Shown here: piece by piece, positions 30,918-34,861 of the stretch
How the letters are laid out: the number at the start of each line of letters is the position of its first letter
Numbering within the stretch: the stretch's first letter is position 1
DNA from: a virus
IMG/VR virus record: IMGVR_UViG_3300045988_168171
Coordinates: 1-34,861 of that record
Length of the DNA stretch: 34,861 bases
Direction: 5' to 3' (one strand)
Program-made: the position numbers and the translations under genes
Notes under the pieces: model-generated
The model's input: only the letters and a program-made list of their open reading frames with translations
The model's database searches: none
Told to the model about the DNA's origin: nothing

Positions 30918-31233
30918 GCGGAGAATATGGAAGTTGTATTTCAACTTCTTTACCTAAAGTGAGTTTTAATACAGCAATAATATCTTGAGCATATTTCTGA
31001 GATATTCCACCTTTGCCATCACATCGACCTTCCTTTAATCGATTCAAAATGAATTCTTGAAGTATATCATTATTTAATTGATCTACTTCATAATTTCCAA
31101 GATTAGGAATGATTTGATTGTGTGAGATATTACAGTAGTTCGTAAATGTAGAATATTTCAGATAAATTTTTTGGTTTTTCAACCAGTCTAAAACTAGATT
31201 TTTGTATAGCATGAGAGCAGCACTTCCTTTCAT
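30892..31233 (-). pseudogene. N-terminal (SAM-like core-binding) fragment of a tyrosine integrase; no catalytic domain
   Basis: LVLDWLKNQKIYLKYSTFTNYCNISHNQIIPNLGNYEVDQLNNDILQEFI...GRCDGKGGISQKYAQDIIAVLKLTL matches the integrase N-terminal domain pattern. It stops at 113 aa, has no RBS, and has only 30 nt of upstream space. Confidence 0.6.
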
Positions 31234-31263
31234 GCTTTTTATTTTATAGAAAGAGGTAAGAAT

Positions 31264-32013
31264 ATGAGTGAAGAAGTTAAGAAGAATGAAGAGATCTATA
31301 ACGATGATCCTATCTATGAAGAACCTTCAAAAAGCATCAAAATCGGTGATCTAGATATCACGCTATGCAATGAATTGATCCAGGAAATTAACGAGAATCT
31401 AAACATCACATTTGTGTGTGAATCTGAAATAGATGTCATTCAAGAGGCGTTTAAAACGAATAAGAATCCAATTGTGTATGGTGATGATTCTTATACTGGT
31501 TATACTGCTATTGATGAATTCGGATATAAAGTTGATAGCGAAGATAAAACTATTTATCGCATCACTTTATCCAAACCAGAAGGAGAAGAACCGGAAGGTG
31601 GATTAACACAAGAGCAGTCATTCGCAATTGCATGTGCGATTCCTTTGATGACAAATGATCAAATCTTACAGTGTGTATCTGTATTGACTGAATGGAAAGA
31701 ATTCATTGGTGGAAAAATGAAAGCTAACCAAAGATTCCAATTCAATAAAGAGGCATGGGAATCAAGACAAGAAATTCCGGTTGTTTTAGAAGGACAAGAA
31801 CCTGGTATAAGCACTGCAGCTCTTTATCAACGCATCAAAACTTCACACGCAGGAACACAGGAAGACCCAATTCCATACAGCCAATTAATGACTGTATATA
31901 AGGATAAATATTACATTCAGAATGATGTCTTGTATTTGTGCTTAGAAGACAGCGGTCAGCCTTTATATGCAGATTGTGAATCGTTACCACGTTATTTTCA
32001 AAAAGTAGAATAG
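31264..32013 (+). CDS. Hypothetical acidic protein (249 aa) between the fibre and lysis genes
   Basis: AGAGGTAAG RBS. ORF track. The C-terminal halves carry aromatic-rich motifs reminiscent of small carbohydrate-binding modules (weak). Confidence 0.65.
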   Translation: MSEEVKKNEEIYNDDPIYEEPSKSIKIGDLDITLCNELIQEINENLNITFVCESEIDVIQEAFKTNKNPIVYGDDSYTGYTAIDEFGYKVDSEDKTIYRITLSKPEGEEPEGGLTQEQSFAIACAIPLMTNDQILQCVSVLTEWKEFIGGKMKANQRFQFNKEAWESRQEIPVVLEGQEPGISTAALYQRIKTSHAGTQEDPIPYSQLMTVYKDKYYIQNDVLYLCLEDSGQPLYADCESLPRYFQKVE

Positions 32014-32027
32014 AAAGAGTGAGGTAA

Positions 32028-32492
32028 ATGAAAAAAATGAAGATGTTTGATTTTATGGACGCATATAATTCACTTTTAGGAGCGATCATTGCATCCTTAA
32101 CGATGATCTTTGGCAAGCATTGGTTTTTGTTCGCTTTTTTCTTGGTCCTGAATATTATTGACTGGATCACAGGTTGGATGAAATCAAGAATGGCCGGAAA
32201 AGAGAATAGTGTCAAAGGCTGGCAGGGAGTTCTTAAAAAATTAGGATACTGGTTGATGATTGCCTTTGGCTTCGGCATTGCAGCGTGTTTGATTGAAGTT
32301 GGTTCTACGATTGGTGTTGATCTGCAGATCACTACTATTTTAGGATGGTTTGTCCTGGCATCGTTGATCGTTAATGAAGCACGTTCAATCGTTGAGAATT
32401 TTGTAGAGGCTGGATTCAATGTGCCAATGATCCTGCAGAACGGATTGGAAGTAGCTGATAAATTAATTAATAAAGAAAATGAGAGCGAGTAA
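32028..32492 (+). CDS. Holin (TcdE/phage_holin_4-like, 3-4 TM)
   Basis: FAFFLVLNIIDWITGWMKS..., KKLGYWLMIAFGFG... and ...LIVNEARSIVEN are typical of this holin family. It lies directly upstream of the endolysin. Confidence 0.85.
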   Translation: MKKMKMFDFMDAYNSLLGAIIASLTMIFGKHWFLFAFFLVLNIIDWITGWMKSRMAGKENSVKGWQGVLKKLGYWLMIAFGFGIAACLIEVGSTIGVDLQITTILGWFVLASLIVNEARSIVENFVEAGFNVPMILQNGLEVADKLINKENESE

Positions 32493-32507
32493 TCGCTCTT
32501 TTCTTTT
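32482..32507 (+). terminator. Hairpin plus T tract between holin and endolysin
   Basis: agagcga (32482-32488) pairs with tcgctct (32493-32499). The 4-nt loop gtaa contains the holin stop codon. Followed by tttcttttg. Confidence 0.45.
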
Positions 32508-32516
32508 GGAGATATT

Positions 32517-33998
32517 ATGACTTATCAAGAATTTAAAAACCAGGTATTAGGAAGAGCCTATGACATTGACGGATATTACGGTGCACAATGCTGGGATGGT
32601 GTGATGTATTATCTTGAAAAACTTGGATATAGTCGTATTCATTGCAGCACTTCAGGCTATGTCAAAGATATATGGAACAATCGTGCATCGAACGGTATCT
32701 TGAATTTCTGTGATGAAGTCAGCGTGATGCAACCAGGTGATATTGCTGTTTTCTATGAATGTTCAGCAACACCATATTCACATATTGCAATATTTGACAG
32801 TGATATTGATGGTACCTATGGATATTTTCTTGGCCAAAATCAAGGAGGCGCTAATGGTGCATTTAATGTGATCGCTCTTCCTTATTCTGCTACCTTTGCA
32901 ACTGCATTTAGACCTAAATGTTTCAGTGGTGAAAATACATCACAAAGCTATGATCCTAGCATGCTGATACCTGAGGTTGGTGTAGCAACCTTTAGAAATG
33001 ATATTCCTATCACAGTTCATAGGGACAGTCCTACAGGGCCTGCTTTTGGCGCTATGTATAAAGGTGAAGTCCAGCAGTATGATTATAAATTGATTGGATT
33101 TGGCCATCGATATATTTCATGGCCATATGAGAAAGATCCTAGTATACGTGTTTTTGCTGCAGTATCACCAACTGAAGCAAGACCTGCAGAAGGTTCAGAT
33201 GATCAATGGGCAACATTCAGTGAAGTCAAGGAAGAAAATCCAGCACCACCAATAGACGAAGAAAAACCTGAAACACCAGATTATTCAAAAAATGTAAAAC
33301 ATTGGGGTGTGGATATTTCGGAACATCAGGGAGATATTGATCTATCTCCATATGAATTTGCGATCATTAGAGCTGCATATGGAACGAATACAGACAAGTA
33401 TTTCCTAAAGAATGTAGAAAAATGTAGAAGTTTGGGTATTCCATTCGGTGTTTATCTATATGATTATGCTCTAAATGATGAACAAGCATTGGAACAGGCA
33501 CAATATCTATACAATTTATTAAAGAATAATGATATCGTTCCTGATCTAGGTGTATGGTTTGATATGGAAGATGCTGACGGATATAAGGGCAAGAACGGTG
33601 TCATGAATAAAGAAAGATGCACTAGCTCTTGCAAGATTTTCTGTGATTTCTTCAAAGAAAAAGGATATTATGTAGGTATCTATGCATCAGAGAGTTGGTT
33701 TGGAACATATATTGAAGAAACAGGCTATCCTAAATGGATTGCAGCTTGGATTTCGAACGATGGCAATTTAAATGCGGATCGTTCAGAATTATGTGATCTA
33801 TATCAATATACATCGAAGCCAATTGATAAGGATGTATTGTATGTTGAATTTGAGAAACTAAAATCTGATCCAATTGATGAGGAGCTTCCAGAAGATAAAC
33901 CAGATATTCCAACATTCCCAGATCTTGATACAGATGCGATGAATGAGTATTTTAAAGTTTGGGCCGAGATTGGAAATCGTATAATCGGCACAAAGTGA
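32517..33998 (+). CDS. Endolysin: CHAP, SH3b-like and GH25 muramidase domains
   Basis: CHAP (DGYYGAQCWDG, YSHIAIF). The middle EVGVATFRNDIPITVHRDSPTGPAFGAMYKGEVQQYDYKLIGFGHRYISW is SH3b-like. GH25 (KHWGVDISEHQGDID...FAIIRAAYG...GVYLYDYA). Acidic C-terminal tail. Confidence 0.9.
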   Translation: MTYQEFKNQVLGRAYDIDGYYGAQCWDGVMYYLEKLGYSRIHCSTSGYVKDIWNNRASNGILNFCDEVSVMQPGDIAVFYECSATPYSHIAIFDSDIDGTYGYFLGQNQGGANGAFNVIALPYSATFATAFRPKCFSGENTSQSYDPSMLIPEVGVATFRNDIPITVHRDSPTGPAFGAMYKGEVQQYDYKLIGFGHRYISWPYEKDPSIRVFAAVSPTEARPAEGSDDQWATFSEVKEENPAPPIDEEKPETPDYSKNVKHWGVDISEHQGDIDLSPYEFAIIRAAYGTNTDKYFLKNVEKCRSLGIPFGVYLYDYALNDEQALEQAQYLYNLLKNNDIVPDLGVWFDMEDADGYKGKNGVMNKERCTSSCKIFCDFFKEKGYYVGIYASESWFGTYIEETGYPKWIAAWISNDGNLNADRSELCDLYQYTSKPIDKDVLYVEFEKLKSDPIDEELPEDKPDIPTFPDLDTDAMNEYFKVWAEIGNRIIGTK

Positions 33999-34071
33999 AA
34001 GTGACAGAAACACTTAAAAACAAAAATTGAATAATAGTACTTATTAAACTATTTTGACTGTGTGTAAAAAA

Positions 34072-34106
34072 GCCTGCCTTCATGACGATGGCAGGTTCTT
34101 TTTTTA
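34072..34106. terminator. Bidirectional intrinsic terminator between the convergent endolysin and ImmA-like genes
   Basis: cctgcc (34073-34078) pairs with ggcagg (34090-34095). An A6 run lies upstream and ttcttttttt downstream. Confidence 0.7.
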
Positions 34107-34646
34107 TGCTTTGATGTTTGGAAGTGGTCCTATATTATATTCATAGCATTCTTTGATTTCTTCATAACCGAAATCATTCATTAGTTCTTGGATGCGCTTC
34201 TTCAGTAATTTTTGATCGCAGTTTACTTCAAAGTCTTTCTTGTAAACAACGTTTATGATCAACTTGGAAAAAGCATTGGCATCGATTTCGATTGACTGGT
34301 TTTCATAACCTTTGATATTTGATGCATTATAATGCATGATTTCTTCTTTCCATGTTTCTGCCATTGGTTCTCCCCAGGAAGGATGCATCACTGACTGGTA
34401 CTGATAGATGTGTCGTAATTCGTGTGCTAGGATAGGATATAGCATAGATTTATTGATTACATCCATATCGATGTATATCTCATTCTCTTCAACAATCGTG
34501 GTAGCTGCTGCACTTCCTTTTAATGTAAAAGGTTCTGCTGGTTGATCATCAATATCTTTGAATTTGCCACTTTTTTTTATAAAAACTCTTGGCTGATCGA
34601 TAACCAGAAGATCACATAAGAATAGTATATACTTTTTGATATCCAT
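34104..34646 (-). CDS. ImmA/IrrE-family (COG2856-like) zinc metalloprotease
   Basis: HELRH (HExxH) followed about 50 aa later by EIDANAFS, the ExxANxF motif typical of ImmA/IrrE. 180 aa, immediately downstream of an Xre-type HTH gene. Confidence 0.75.
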   Translation of the reverse strand: MDIKKYILFLCDLLVIDQPRVFIKKSGKFKDIDDQPAEPFTLKGSAAATTIVEENEIYIDMDVINKSMLYPILAHELRHIYQYQSVMHPSWGEPMAETWKEEIMHYNASNIKGYENQSIEIDANAFSKLIINVVYKKDFEVNCDQKLLKKRIQELMNDFGYEEIKECYEYNIGPLPNIKA

Positions 34647-34647
34647 A

Positions 34648-34860
34648 CTATTTCCTCTTTATTTCAAATTCAATTTCAAAACCAATTACATCCAGGATCT
34701 TTTTCGCATCCGCCATGCTGAAATTCTTTTTATTCAATAATTTATTTAAATTTTGTGGTGACATGTCTAATGCCTCTGCAATTTTTCTTTTTGTGAATCC
34801 ACTTTCTAAAATAGCTTTTTCAACTTCGATGATAAAAGCATCATTATCTATATATTTCAT
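34648..34860 (-). CDS. Xre-type HTH transcriptional regulator (70 aa)
   Basis: FTKRKIAEALDMSPQNLNKLLNKKN is a helix-turn-helix. The stop is 1 nt from the ImmA-like start. Its 5' end lies in the terminal repeat. Confidence 0.8.
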   Translation of the reverse strand: MKYIDNDAFIIEVEKAILESGFTKRKIAEALDMSPQNLNKLLNKKNFSMADAKKILDVIGFEIEFEIKRK

Positions 34861-34861
34861 A
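34807..34861. repeat. 55-bp terminal direct repeat (copy 2)
   Basis: Exact copy of bases 1-55. Confidence 0.9.

Noticed and set aside
31835-32419. 194-aa minus-strand ORF, and similar long antisense ORFs (17344..17823, 23228..23581, 4777..5052, 7633..7929)
   Set aside because: They lie antisense to genes with clear family signatures (holin, portal, tape measure, recombinase). They lack RBSs and have low-complexity or odd composition.
1-34861. Stop-codon reassignment (recoded phage), suggested by the in-frame TGA (905-907) and TAA (9335-9337)
   Set aside because: TGA, TAA and TAG all terminate well-defined genes here, often in ATGA/TAATG overlaps (for example 7113, 12246, 18034, 8227). The long late genes have no internal stops. 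None of the three tRNAs has a stop-reading anticodon.

Overview
The window is a complete, self-closing genome of about 34.8 kb (the first 55 bp equal the last 55 bp; 34,806 bp unique). It looks like a temperate, low-GC, Firmicutes-type siphovirus with an HK97-like head module. All calls come from reading the sequence and ORF translations by eye. No database search, tRNA scanner or folding program was run. Layout: (i) 34104..2786 across the junction is the lysogeny/accessory region. It holds an Xre-type HTH plus ImmA/IrrE-type metalloprotease, small hydrophobic peptides, a dead serine recombinase, a membrane protein and an S24 CI/LexA-like repressor. (ii) 2787..13855 is the rightward early region. 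It holds a truncated cro stump, small and membrane ORFs, a replisome organizer with an internal iteron origin, a DnaB-like helicase, the only intact recombinase (tyrosine type), a Lar-like protein, a MazG-like protein, SSB and a RinA/ArpU-like late activator. (iii) 13914..14167 is a three-tRNA array (Ser-GCU, Ser-UGA and an atypical Lys-CUU-like gene). (iv) 14187..33998 is the late region: HNH, TerS, TerL, portal, protease, capsid, connectors, major tail protein, G/G-T frameshift chaperone, tape measure, Dit, Tal, a virion CHAP hydrolase, baseplate and collagen-like fibre genes, holin, and a CHAP-SH3b-GH25 endolysin. The most interesting unexplained signals are two candidate structured RNAs. 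One (1185..1375) runs from a promoter to terminators and has three hairpins that all display UUGCC in the loop. The other (4334..4473) is a 27-bp strand-specific long-range helix. Other notable signals are an aberrant tRNA-Lys-like gene, a footprint of tail-fibre tip cassette exchange next to an integrase fragment, and an unusual number of disrupted or truncated genes.
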